A DNA stretch of 64,000 nt, taken from contig OZ316896.1 in NCBI GenBank assembly GCA_973895155.1, positions 620,001 to 684,000 on the forward strand, read 5' to 3'. Below the pieces are notes generated by a model, which had not been told where the DNA came from, did not search any database, and saw only the letters and a program-made list of their open reading frames with translations. Below, one piece after another: positions 24,352 through 37,165 of this stretch (the first letter of the stretch is position 1; every line of letters begins with the position of its first letter). This DNA is from Marsupella aquatica. Its lineage: Eukaryota > Plantae > Marchantiophyta. The translations under genes and the position numbers were made by a program.

Positions 24352-25589
24352 ACCCGCTCTGCGTTCCGCCTTCAGTGCTCTGCTCAGAGCGATCAATTAT
24401 CGAACAACGAACGACCTTGATCAACTAGTTGCCCTGCCTCTGAAAAACTGAACTCCTAGACACAGAGTGTTTTGGGTCACCGACAAAATTGTCACACAGC
24501 TACAATGGTAATGGCATATTCGTCATTGAAAGGCAGCCATTCGTTCATGCTTAGGTGTTGCTGCTGCATGCGATGATACATAATTTACTTCGCCTACTCT
24601 GCCCGTTGTCGTTGTCCGTCTTCCAGGATCCATTGCCACGACGGTAAAATCCCAAGGACCGACAGGCCATCATCTGAGAGAAAACAATGAATAAACAAGT
24701 TTCCGACTCGACCTCCTCGAGTCCTCACCGCTATTAGATAATACGATTTCCTCTTGCGCAAGGATAGCTTCTATATGTATCCCAGTCCTAAATCGCCTCT
24801 CTCGTCATCTTCGTAGCGCCGTGGCTTCCGTTACTCCTATAATAGTTCTTTCGCACTCCGCGCTTCCCCTGCACGCACAGCTCAACCTTCTCCAATGCTG
24901 CCAATCTTCAAAATCAGCTTTCGTCGGATTCGCGCCTTCTTCTTCGTCAGTCAAACCGCCTCCTCCGTCGCACAATCGTCTCCCCTCCTCCTCTACCTCC
25001 AATAATCGTTTTCTCTACTCAGCTCCCGTCCGGCTTGTCAATCTCTCGCTCTACAAAAAATTCCTCTGCGTCCTAAATATCAGACTATTCATCAATCCTC
25101 TTCATTTATTCATCACCCTACACAACTTCTCCCTCGCTGTACTACTGTGGCGGAAGGATCAATGCAGAACAAAACCGCTGACCGGACCGGCTGAACGAAT
25201 GTCGGCTCCTCCGTTTTCCAAACCGGCCAAACTTAATTACTGTCCACAAAATGACCGCGCCCCCAGAACTCCTCTCCTCGGCATCCGGTTCCCTATCTCT
25301 ATCCTCACGCAGCGGGTTCTCAGCAATCCGTCAATCCGCACCATGACTCGCTCACGGCTCACGCGAGCTGTGCTGAGCAGAGTGCAATTCAAGGCGATCA
25401 ATAATGTGGGTTGGAATGGCGTGGTGGACGCAGACAGCAACGACCTTTCTCATTGATGCTCGATGCACGCGGAGAAATGGAATTCGGGTGATCCCCCGCT
25501 GATTAGACAACACAAAGCATCGACAGGAACTCAGGAATAGAAAGGACATCATTCTCGAGTCTCGACTTCTCGAGTAAAAAGGAGGGGTA

Positions 25590-26940
25590 CAGTGTTTGGT
25601 TTGCTACAGTGCATGGGAGGATCCAGATTCCACAAAGTGCCCTTTGTGTGTTTTGCTCCCGAGGAATCCGGGCTGGAGATAACCCTCACCCCCCCCCCCC
25701 CCCCCCCCCCTCACCCCCCCGGACTTTTTGGCGGCCAAAATCCGCCAAATTTCACCCTACTAAAAGGGTCTGGGCCACTTTTGGCGAAGGTTCGTTTATT
25801 CTATTTGCTGCTTGCCCGCCTGGCCAGAGTCCCCACTAGCCCCAGTATGATGTTTTGCCCTTAAATCTAGGGAGGAGCTGCTTGTTAGTGTATGAAAAAT
25901 TAGCTGCCAAAGTATGAAGGTTTGTTTATTCTATTCAGCTTTTGACTACACTAGCCCCTGACTACCCGGCCCGACTATCCCTTCTTTGAAAGTGAATAGC
26001 AAGAAGAATCATAAAAATGTCACCAAAATATATTCAATTAAATGATAAAACACATTTTTTTGAAGGTTAGTTTATTCTACTAGCCCTTTGTCAGCCTGGC
26101 CACGGTCCCCACTAGACAAAGTATGTAGCCCTTTGTCCGCCTGGCCACAGTCCCCACTAGCCAAAGTATGATGGTTTACCCTTAAATGTAGGGAGAGCTG
26201 CTTGTTAATGTAGAAAAATTAGAGAAGGAGTGTTCTTAGCATCTTCTTGTTCATACAAGGTGACATTTTGTGTTTGTTTGCTACTCAGGGATCTGGGTTA
26301 ATAATAACCCGCAATTCAGTGACTCATCTCCACCAGCATTATTTTTAGTGGCAAAAATTAGCCAAATTCCAGGGTTGGCCACTTTTGCAAAGGATTTTAG
26401 CCACAGACCCCATTAGCTAAAATCTAATGGTTACCTTTATATTTAGGGAGATCTAAGGGTTAATCTAGAAGAAGTAGAGAATGAGTGTTCTTAGATCTTC
26501 TTCTTCATACAACGTGAGATTTTGGCACCCTGGCTAAAAGGAAAAACCTTGCCCGGGTAGCCACAAATCCTCTTACCTGATGGGTATCCTTAAAATCTAC
26601 GGGTTAATAATTACAAGACAAAATATCAAGCATGTTCCAGGAAGCTATATGCCATAGTCAGGAAAACTGAAGATTCAAGGGTTAATCTTGGGAAATTAGA
26701 GAAGGAATGATTTTAGCATCTGTACCTTCATACAAGGTGACATTTGGCACCCTGGCTAAAAGGAAAAACCTTGCCCACATACCCACACACCCTATTAGCT
26801 GAAATTTGATGGTTATCCTTTAAATCTGGGCAGATCTAAGGGTGCATCCAGAGATCTCAGGGTTCATCTAGTTCTTAGTATCTTCTCCTTTGTATAAGGT
26901 GACATTTGGCACCCTTGCTAAATCTTAAACATTACCCTGC
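25590..26940. mobile_element. Composite non-autonomous DNA-transposon-like repeat with internal degenerate repeats (hAT-like left end)
   Basis: Starts CAGTGTTT. Contains AATTTCACC...GCCACTTTTGGCGAA, similar to the reverse complement of the right end of the 4774-5050 MITE. Blocks CATACAAGGTGACATTTGGCACCC recur near 26250, 26505, 26728 and 26893, and CTGGCCA.AGTCCCCACTAG occurs three times. The right end and TSD were not found. Confidence 0.5.
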
Positions 26941-27597
26941 ATCTCAGTCTCAGCCCAACATAGCATCTCCTCGTTGTGAGTTTCTTATGAGGAGCATCTT
27001 GCATTCTACAGTCCTGTCAATGTTTAGGCCAACTACTACGTGCCATGTGCCTCCATAGTATCTGATAGTCATTATTAGGTTGGTGCAAAAAAATATAACT
27101 AAAACATTTCTGGCGTCTAATGCTAAAATGTGATTCCAGAGGTGGGCTCGAAAGATATGTGGGCCCTTTGGGAAACGGGAAGAATTAAATTCCAGCTGCA
27201 ACAGGGCCCCAACATCCAGACAAACTTTGGGTTACGGGGCTAAAAACATGTTTTTTTGTTTGTTTTTGAAATAGGCTTCAAAATACCTGACAAACTTGAC
27301 TCAATAGACAAAGTTTTGGTTATGTAAATTTTGAATAGTCGCTTGCTAAAGTCTGGAAGCAGCTTAAAAATGACTATTCACGATCAAAGATGGCAAACAA
27401 AGCCACTGTGTCCAGACTCCCATGCCTGTCGCTATTATGTGTTTAAGTGCACAATGCTTAAGTGCAAGGCAAGTGGTCCCAGAACATTCGGCAGTTTTTA
27501 CAAGTATATGCACTTTTAAATGCAGGTTTTGTAACTGCATGTAGAGTTTCACTATACAACAAATATAGTGCAAACAGTGGGTAACTAAGTGTATACT

Positions 27598-27856
27598 TGC
27601 AATGCCCTCAAGTGCATGACAGAGGGACAAGAGATGCATTTATTGATAAGTGCAAGACATTTTTACAAAGTATCATCTTGTGCTGCAATGCTCACAAGTG
27701 CATGACAGAGGGACAAGAGATGCATTTATTGATATGTGCAAGACATTTTTACAAAGTACTATCTTGTGCTGCAATGCCCACAAGTGCATGACAGAGGGAC
27801 AAGACATGCATTTATTGATAAGTGCAAGACATGTTTACAAAGTATTATCTTGTGCT
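27598..27856. repeat. 86-bp tandem repeat, 3 copies
   Basis: Unit TGCAATGC..CAAGTGCATGACAGAGGGACAAGA... starts at 27598, 27684 and 27770. Confidence 0.95.
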
Positions 27857-28925
27857 CATCCATGAATTGCTGTGGTACCTGCCATTTTCTAAGGCAGGGA
27901 TAGCAAGAAACTTTGGAAAGAGAGTGCAAAGCCTAGAGCCTATAGTGCATAAGTGCAACATGTATAAGTGCTTTAGGGTTCAAGGAATGTTGTCATTACA
28001 TGTAAATCAGCCAGAAGTCTCCTCCATCGCCTTTACTTTATGTGCCCAACTGGTGCACTTCGGAACTCTATAAATTAATCATTGAGCGCATCTGTTAAAC
28101 CATGGCTTCTCTTTCAAGACCTATGAATTACCCATAGAATCCTATCTCACTATTAACAGTAAATTTCCCCTAAAATAGTGGGGCAAACTGGGACCTTAGA
28201 GATAAGAAGTTAGTGAAATGTGGAAAAAGGGAGAACTCTTGTACACTTTCCCCTTACATGTATCGGCACTGGTGATTTAACAACACCAGAATGAATGCTC
28301 AACCTACAAAGTAACAAACCTTTGCTGTCACTAAATCTCTTTCGACACAGGTCCTGTGCATCGCATGTACGTGCCCAACTGGGTGTGCACTTTGGAACCC
28401 TGTAAAATTAATCATTGAACCTATCTACTAACAATTACATACACTAAATTTACAGAATGAATGCCGGACACAGTAACAAGCATTTCTTGTCACTACCTAT
28501 CTTTGGGCCTCCGTAAATCAATAATTGAGACTAACAATGTACAGAATGAATGCCGAACGTGAGTTCGGTATAATTATCAATGAAGCAGGATGTAAACTTA
28601 CTATCTGATTGCAAATCTTCCAGAGCTCTCGTGTAGACAATCTGTCATAGCTGTAGTTTCTCCCGCAAAGACTTCAAATCTTGTCCACAAACTGTGGATT
28701 TCATGCCAACGTAGTACGCACTTTGGGCCCTCGCAGGCAGGAAACACAATTCAGTTTTAATTCACCACTAAGGCGAATCGGATAATCATCTTTGAGTCCG
28801 CGAACAAGGGGGAAAAGGAGTCCTATCATAGTTGGAGCTCGATCTGTTAACTAAGGCTTTCATCGAGGTTCAGGATCATTCGGAAGCTCAACCTTGGTTG
28901 TAATTTAATTGAAGTGAACACATGC

Positions 28926-31900
28926 CTATCGGCCTACGACAACACTTGGAGGATCCATCTTCAGGACAAGGGAATCGTCTTCTTCTCCATCTGTGACCTC
29001 AGGTATTGTTGGATAACTTTGGTCATAATCAGTGAGCTTAATAAAGCGGCACGAAAGTTCCAGTTCAACTGCCTCTGTAAGTGCACGTACAACGTGGGCC
29101 ATATCGGGCCTGTTTGCTGTTACTGGGTCGACGCTTCTGATGGCGAGGGATAACACTTTCATCATAGCCTTCTCCACAAATTCCCCATTCAACGACGGGT
29201 CAACGATATTCATGGCAGTCCCACCATTTTCTTGGCTACGTACCTGCATTTAGACGACAATCATCGCAAAAGAGTTAACTACCCCTTAGCTAGTTACTAA
29301 TTCATCCAGCACTTGCTTCTTCTGGGACTCAGTAGCTGCAATATGACTTACCCTTCGTTAATGAGGGCAAAATTGCAGAGCCTATTGAGTAAATTTGACG
29401 CTCTTAAGAAGTCTCATGTGTGGATGGGCAGAGTATGCAGTCAGATAACACAAAACTTGCTTGGAAACACGACAATAAAGCGTAAAACAGAGATAATTTT
29501 CGATCAAATGACCTTATGATGAAACCTACCCATTCGATGAGAGAGCTACTGCTGCCATCTGGACGTTCCGCAACATGAGGATGTCGACCTGAAATTATCT
29601 CCAGGAGAACCACCCCAAAACTATACACATCGCTCTTAGGAGTTAACCTTTGCGTGACGAAGTACCTGCATAGAATTCCGTTTGTATTGCAATCCCACGG
29701 TTAACTTTGGGGTATTCTCCAGCCTGTATGTAAACAATTTTTAGAAACTATAAGTGGAAAACAATTAGTCTACTGTAGGTTGTTTCTTGCAAGACACCTG
29801 CACTTCGATGAACGTCTAACGATGGAAGAAAGGGCTCGGTCAATTAATGAGGTTTTTCGTACTCTGGATCCATGTAGCCAATCGTGCCCTTTAAGAGGGT
29901 ATCAACGCCGGTGAATATCCCTTCAGGGGCCTGCTTTGAGATTCCGAAATCCGCAACCTTGGCTACCATGTTAACATCTAGCAGTATATTGCTGCTCTTG
30001 ACGTCACGATGAATAATCCGAGGATGACAGTCCGTATGCAGATACTCGAGCCCTAGAACAAATAACGAGAAGAAGAGAAAAGTATTATGGAAACAGACTA
30101 AACGAATGAAGATAACCTTAATTAGGAACTGCAGAGATTCCCACGAGGCCGTTTCAGTCGCTGTCAACACTGTATTTTCATTATGTTCGAGAAGCCAAAA
30201 TTGATGCCTATGTGTATGATCCATATGTAAAATTGATGCCTAGCGGTATGATCCATATTGCATAGTATCTAACCTGCAATGCACACTCGTGTGTTACTTT
30301 CAGAGGAAAGTGAGGGACAAGGATTAAAGATTACAATGCAAGTTTTATTCATGAAACACCTTAGGCAAGTTCTGTACCCATTACTTTCAATTAATTCGGA
30401 CGTAAATTTGCATAGCTAGGTGTCCCTTCAGGGCCATGACTAATCAAGGCATAGACGAGCTCTTCTAGACAAGTTTAATTATCGAGAGCTTAGGTCACCT
30501 TTTGCAGAGTTTAGAGCAATGTCAAGTCTTGTAGTCCAGTCCAGATGCTTCCCTGGATTGTCACCTACAAGATCGAAAACAGTATTAGATTTCCACGATT
30601 ATAATATTCCCTCGTGCGAGTGATGTACACCGAAAAGGACTTTTTCTTCAAATTAACGAGGAACCTGAATAGCAGCTGATATCAAGAAGTTCCGTGCTTA
30701 AATGCCATATGGTCGATGTCACGGATGCAGAACAGGAATAGTTTACAAACTTGAGATATATACGTACCGTACAGGTGGTCACGAAGAGTCCCGTTACAAA
30801 AGTAAACGTAGATGAGAATTTGCTGGTTCTCTTCTTCACAGTATCCAACCAGTTCCACTAGGTTCCTGTGATGTATACGTGAAAGTAATTCAACCTGACA
30901 ATGTACAGGACATACATGGATTGCATATTGTTAGCTACAGCCACATTTCTTGCCCGACGCATCAGAGAACAAAATGAGACGACCGATCAGATATTACTGC
31001 ACAGAAGATAACAATCTAGAGGGTTAATTCCTGGAAACTAATTCTTAAATTTCTATGATGTGCGGATTCGAATCAAGCATGTGCACATGACTGAATTAAA
31101 ACATTGGTTCCAAACAAACCTCGTTAAAAAACTCCGTGGTTCCTTGACGAGAATCACTTTTCTTCACTTTCAAAGCCACTTCTTGCCCATTCAAAAGCTT
31201 TCCATAGTACACCGGCCCGAATGCACCTTCTCCAATTTTCTTCGAGAATTTTTTTGTCGCGTCGCTCACCTCTTGTAACGTTAGCAAGGCCATGGATGTT
31301 GGTAAAGCTTTCCTAGCTGTACTTAAGGATAGCTCCGAAGGATCTTGCTTCTCTGTAGACACAACAATTCAATGCAAAAAGTACTTGATCAATTCCTCAA
31401 TTTGTGTACGTGGATGTATTCACCAATCCTTCGCGTATGTAAACTTCTGCGTATGTAAGATGGAATTAATAATTGCAGATCCTCATGTGTTATTCATTGA
31501 ATTCCGTTCTTAAAGACTTTGAACTAGATTTGATGTACAAGATTGCCACGAAGCGTGAATACAAACCAGTCTAGAGAATATTAATATAGTACGTTGCACA
31601 TTTAGTTAGACACAGCCAGGGAGACAATGAAATATTTCTTGACAAGGAAGGGGGCCATTGACGACAGAATACCGAGGTACTAACCGGCTTTTCCTATTGC
31701 TCTGATGATGCTCAGTATAGACCTCCTTTTTCTCGTACAAAGCATCCAAAGGATCACAACAGCTATAGCGAGTGCAACAAGACCGCCGAGGATACCACCC
31801 ACAACAGCTCCAATGTTCGAACTTGAGGTTGTTGGGGTGGGAGGTGCATTTGCCGGTGGGGAAACACCACAACCAGGGACGGTACATGTCAATGAAGGGT

Positions 31901-34900
31901 TATTCAAAACCCTGCATCAATCCATTGGTGCGTTCTAGAATGATCAGTTGAAAGATGTCTTAATAGCTGCAGAATAATCAGAAGGGACCGTTTTGTACCA
32001 GACATATATTCCTGTTGTCAGAAATGACTAGATGGTTCTGATACTCTTTGAACTTTATGGGTTAGATCTACCAATAAGCATTTGGAGAGTAATGAACTGC
32101 AAGTAACACTAAAGTATGCACCAACTTCCGGGCAACTTGTAAAACATTGAGGGGGTCGTCTTCATAGAATTCCGTAGGTGAATTGATAAACTCACGTGAA
32201 GTTCAATCCTGTTTTGTTGAGGTTCGAGGGCACTGCTCCACTTAAATTGTTGTTGTCCAAGTTCCTGTGCAAAAACAATCGTCCCAAAATCGAAGTAAGG
32301 TAAGAGTTTAAGTTGGAAGCTAGTCAAGTAAAGGAATGGCCAGCCTTGATTGTAAATTTGTCAAACTTAAAGCTCAAGAACGTACAAAGCACGTCTGTCC
32401 CTTTATCCAAGGCGTCAATGGTAGGGCAGACTCGAACAGACAGCAAAATCTTTGCACAGTTCAATGATGAATTGGAGTTACTGTGCATAACAAATCCTGG
32501 ATTGTAGCTCGATCGGGCCAGGCCATTCTTAGGTATGTCAATAGCCAGTTACATTACGATAAGACTGTTCTCAGGCGATAGGTTCGCCAGTACGCACTAC
32601 CTTTCCAACTGAGGTGCAACTTAATAGTAAACCGTAACCTAGGAAGGGCAGCTGACAATGGCTCGCACTACTCGACATTTCTAAACCACCCAGGCCAATT
32701 TCGACTTACAGTTGGGTTAGATTCGGGAGCGAAATGCCGAGAAAAGTGGGAATATCGCCTCTCAAATCGTTCTCTTGTAAATATCTGTAATCCAACTTTC
32801 AACAAACGAATTTTAAGTAAGATACAAATACTTGGGAACGTAAATTATAAGAACTACAGTAGATAAGTTGACCATTTGGAACAAAACACACCAACCCTCA
32901 CACTTTTGAAGCTAATGTGATGATTCAAACTTGCTTACACTGCAGACTGAACGGGCATCGGCTGTTAATTGAAGGTTTGTTGAATCAACTATACAGTGAA
33001 GATAAAAGCTCAACCACAGATTTGATCGCGCTACTAAGACAGTTCTAAGTTCCGTCAGACAATAAATTAAATGTGGACATCTTCTCCAAAAGAATTCAAG
33101 ATGCAGGGAGAGGCAGAGGTCGAAGCTCGATTGTCAGGCACTTACATAACTTCAAGATGCGTGAGAGAGCTCCAGTCTGGGATCGAACCCGTGAAGCTGT
33201 TGTTACTCAGTGTCCTGAGAAACACATAAGAATGACTTAGCTATACAAGCACGTGGCTTAATTGGCCTGAGACAATGCGAAGATCCGATGTACTACCTTC
33301 CAATGAATGCGTACATCCAACACGGGTGGCACATAAAATTTTGAACTGCGTGTACATCAACTACAGTAGCTTAATCCAGTGAGCTGAAGAATGTCTCCCC
33401 CTTACGTCTGTATAATTAGCCCAAGCAGAGATTAAAGCTTGCATATATGCGATACTCGTGGGATAAATAGAAACAGAGTATGCATTCATATCATGACATG
33501 TAGAAGGTACTTGGCATCTTTGTGAGCTAGATATACAAATCGTCCGTAGTGGACCTTGACTCACGAATGCCGAGGGAACCTGAAACTCTTAAGACTTCTG
33601 TGTGTGAAATCCATCCATATTCCATACTTTAGATGTAGTTTTTCTGCAGAACCCTTTCTGGTACACTTTCTTCTTAGTGGTGGCAACTGGACTACGTGCA
33701 TCGATTATTTTCATACATCACAATGCGTTGTAACAACTTCTTCACTTTGAAACTAGTGCCCATGGCGTGAGATGAAATGAAGAATTGCTTAGTTTGTTCT
33801 GTCCGAGATCGAGGAACAAGAGACCATGAGACCTACAATTTACTAAAGCTACCCAGCGATATCATGAAAATTAAAGAATTTCGTAGCACCTCGTTAGCCG
33901 CTCCATATTTTTGCTACTGATAGCGCTCTCTTTCAAATGCTATATCAACGTATGTAAGCTCCATTTTCTACTGTTAATCATCAATTATTTTTTTTCTAAG
34001 TTGACAAACATACGGTGTCATGAAGGGTTTACTTTTGATGTCAGGATATAACTTACAGGTTAGTCAACTCTGTGAGAAACGAAATCTCCCCCGGGATACT
34101 CCCTCCGAATCCTTGATTTCCTAGATACCTGTTAAAAATAAAATACAAAAGTTATATGTTTTCTTGGTATCAAAACACCCGTAAACATTTGGCTCTCGAA
34201 AAGCTGTACAGGTCATATGATAACCGAAGCTAGACGACCGCAGTGAGTCTGATGCCGTGCACCCGCACAGCTCGCTTACCGGTTTGAAATTAGAACTGAA
34301 ATGAAAGATCATGTGCGATAGATAAAATACTAAACACTCACAGCGCGGTTATACGTGGAGAAACATCGTTATTGCAACTCAACCAGTCAAATGGTCGGGG
34401 AAGACACGGATCACCAATCCAATCACTTAAATTTAGGGCGGTTTGGAGAACACCAAGATTGGTCACTGCGCATACGAGTGATAAAATGCCATTTTAGAAC
34501 GCTTTCCACAACAACATTTAATTTAAGATGCAGTGTTGAGGCAATCACTAATTGATCTCATGTGCACGCGATCGATCACAATCGACGATATCTTTTGTGC
34601 GATAACTCTTCAAAGTCCGATTATTCTCCGAGAAGACTCACCATCTTGAGGATTAGTAGCACTCTTGGTGTAAGGGATTAAAGCATAGATCTCGTAGGCA
34701 TTCAAGATCGGCCCCAAGCTGGATGAGTTGCTTTGTTCAACAGCGATGGTCAAATCGCTGTTCGGACTCATTACACTGAAATAAATCTCCAAAGGTGTAT
34801 CCAAGCTGCTGAATGAACTAATCAACTGATTGTTCAAAGAGTAATTCATTCCCCGGAAATTGGTCGCAGAGACATTGCTGTCCAGCTCCTGGAAGTACGC

Positions 34901-37165
34901 AGCAACGTAAACACCTTGTCCTTGTCCGGGGTTTAACGTTCCTGCAGCATAGTTGACCCAAAAAGAGCTGGGCTCGTACCAGGCAGTCTGCATCACCGTT
35001 TGTGGCGGTTGATCCTGGTCTTGTGCAAACGAATTAGACGAGCTGGCAGGTATATTGGGATTACTCATTGTAGCGAACTTATCATTTGTACCGAATAAAT
35101 GCCAGATCCTGTCGTAAGGATCAGATGGGAATCTGTGATTGGAAAATTCCCACATCTATGAGAGCAAGTAGCAGATAAGCAAAAGCAAAAGACAGATACA
35201 CCATCAACACGCAGGACCATTCCTGATCACCTTGCATTGACATAGGCCAACATTGCGTTGTTAACGTACAGACCTGCATCTACCCAGACGGTCCAAGTGC
35301 GTGCGCGAAAAGGACTTGCATATAAACATATCTACTCAAAAAACAGCCAACTATACTTAGATGTGACAACGCAGACAAATCAAGAAGACACAGGAAACAA
35401 GCTCAAATAGCTGGCCCAGATGTTGTTTTGGGAATACCCAGATTAATTTCCATACCTCCACGCCTGGATGGGCCCCGTTTCAGGCGGTCCACAATTAACT
35501 CTGTGCATATTGTCGAGCCAATATGGTGGCAGTCCTGGCCCTATCACGGCAGAGTACATGCCGGGTGCGAGCAGTCTAAGCTCCAACGCGGATATAAAGG
35601 TTGGTCCTTCAATTCGAGCCAGGCATACATCTAAAGTGCTTTTAGGAACAGAATATATCATCTCGTAAACATATGAATTGTAAGCAGTGGTATCTGCACA
35701 AACCCATTCAATAATCAGTGCAAACCCACAATCCACACCCTACTACTGCTGCATACCCAAGAATTAACCTACATTCGACAGTGAGTATTTTCTTCTCAAA
35801 AAGAGAATCCACAAGCTGTGCATCTGGCTTGAGGGGAAAACCCTCAGTCTACAGTGAGTACTTGAAGCATACATGTATCCCTTGTTCAAGTAAGTGATTT
35901 TCAATCGCTCCCGACAAAGTGTCCTACTTCGACGGGTCTAAATGTAAAGAAGATTTTCACGCTTTCGCAGTTTTGTTAGCTAGCAACACTAGCAGCCTGG
36001 TACCTACTGTCTCAAAGAATCTAGGTCTGAGTAGGATTTGTACTACCTTTAATTTCGTATGATAAATACTTATCTTAAACTCATCTATTATTGCAGACGT
36101 TTAGATTATCCAAAACATTTTCCTACGAGAACATTTCTAAGGCAATTACAAGATTTAGACGAACGTAACTTCGTGCACTACAACGTCCTTGGCGTCTCCC
36201 GACAAAACCTTCGACACTGGCCTCCAAAGCCCCGGCTCAAAGCTTGGCTTGGATAAAAAAAGACGCGTATATTTTTTCGCTGCTCACCTTACAAATCTAG
36301 CTTCAGAGCATGTAAAAGGTATATAATTATCTCATCTCATCAATCTCCAATTGAACCTGAGACACCCACGGTCGGTACAAATTTGCGAAATAACAGGGTA
36401 GTGCTTACTTGTGTTCCATGGCAAGTTCAACCAATTGAGGTGGTCTACATACACTTCGAAAGAGCCAAAGCTACTCTCGCTTAAGTTCCCAAAGTAGAAC
36501 GTTGCGCGTAGAAGATAGGTTGATCCTGTCTGCACAGGCAACGAATAGCAGTTTCTGGTGCGTGTCGTATCGAAATATCTGAGAGTCGCCACTTGCCGCT
36601 CGTTCACGGGAGAGCCACTATCATTTTTGACCAAGATGTTAACATTGGTTCCCACTGTCTTGCTGTAAGTAGCATCAGTCACCCAAGGGATCCCCGCTTC
36701 ATCCTTGTAATTTGAATTACTCCCACAGTCAACACTCAGAAATCCTGCGAAGAAGGAGACAACTCAGTCAATATGAATTTGAATTGATGTGCAAAGAGAG
36801 CAATCGGCAGAAATCCTACAAAGAAGGAGACAATTTAGTCTACGTGATTTTGAATTGATGTGCAAAAAGAGAGCAATCCGAATACAGTGGTACTCCATCA
36901 AACGTTAATTTTGTTGAGTAATGGAACAACTTGTATTCCCCAAAAGCTTTAGTTTTGAAAATCAAAGTGACCGTATCAACGGGCAAGAATAACATCGCAG
37001 GCTGGAATAACAATCGCTAAACATCACAACTACCTTGCAATTGAATAAAACGTACTCACCTTGTTGGCTTTTAACAGGGGAGACCCAAGCGACGCAAATG
37101 AGCAGCATAAACCCAAGCCAAAGATTTCGGCTCCTTCGTCCCTCGAGGATCTTCATGATCACCAT
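28926..37165 (-). CDS. Malectin-like-domain LRR receptor-like kinase (LRR-I, SYMRK/IOS1-type architecture), copy A, ~16 exons
   Basis: Signal-peptide exon 37165-37060. Malectin-like exons contain [13 protein letters not shown]...NCYSL...[39 protein letters not shown] and [13 protein letters not shown]-cap exon [16 protein letters not shown] is followed by four ~70-bp LRR exons and a TM segment [23 protein letters not shown]. The kinase has [50 protein letters not shown] and RPDM. The introns checked are GT-AG and in phase. Confidence 0.92.

Noticed and set aside
24821-25456. 211-aa + strand ORF resembling a transit peptide
   Set aside because: GTG start, Ser/Pro-rich translation of a CT-rich tract opposite the probable PHT2;1 5'UTR/promoter, and no downstream exons or domain found.
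33361-33750. Identical small ORFs in A and B introns (33361/47487, 33556/47682) as conserved nested genes
   Set aside because: Their identity is explained by the homogenised tract, and they have non-ATG starts and no motifs.
28926-37165. Naming the RLKs SYMRK
   Set aside because: The architecture is shared by the whole LRR-I group. Orthology needs a phylogeny, and SYMRK is typically not tandemly arrayed.
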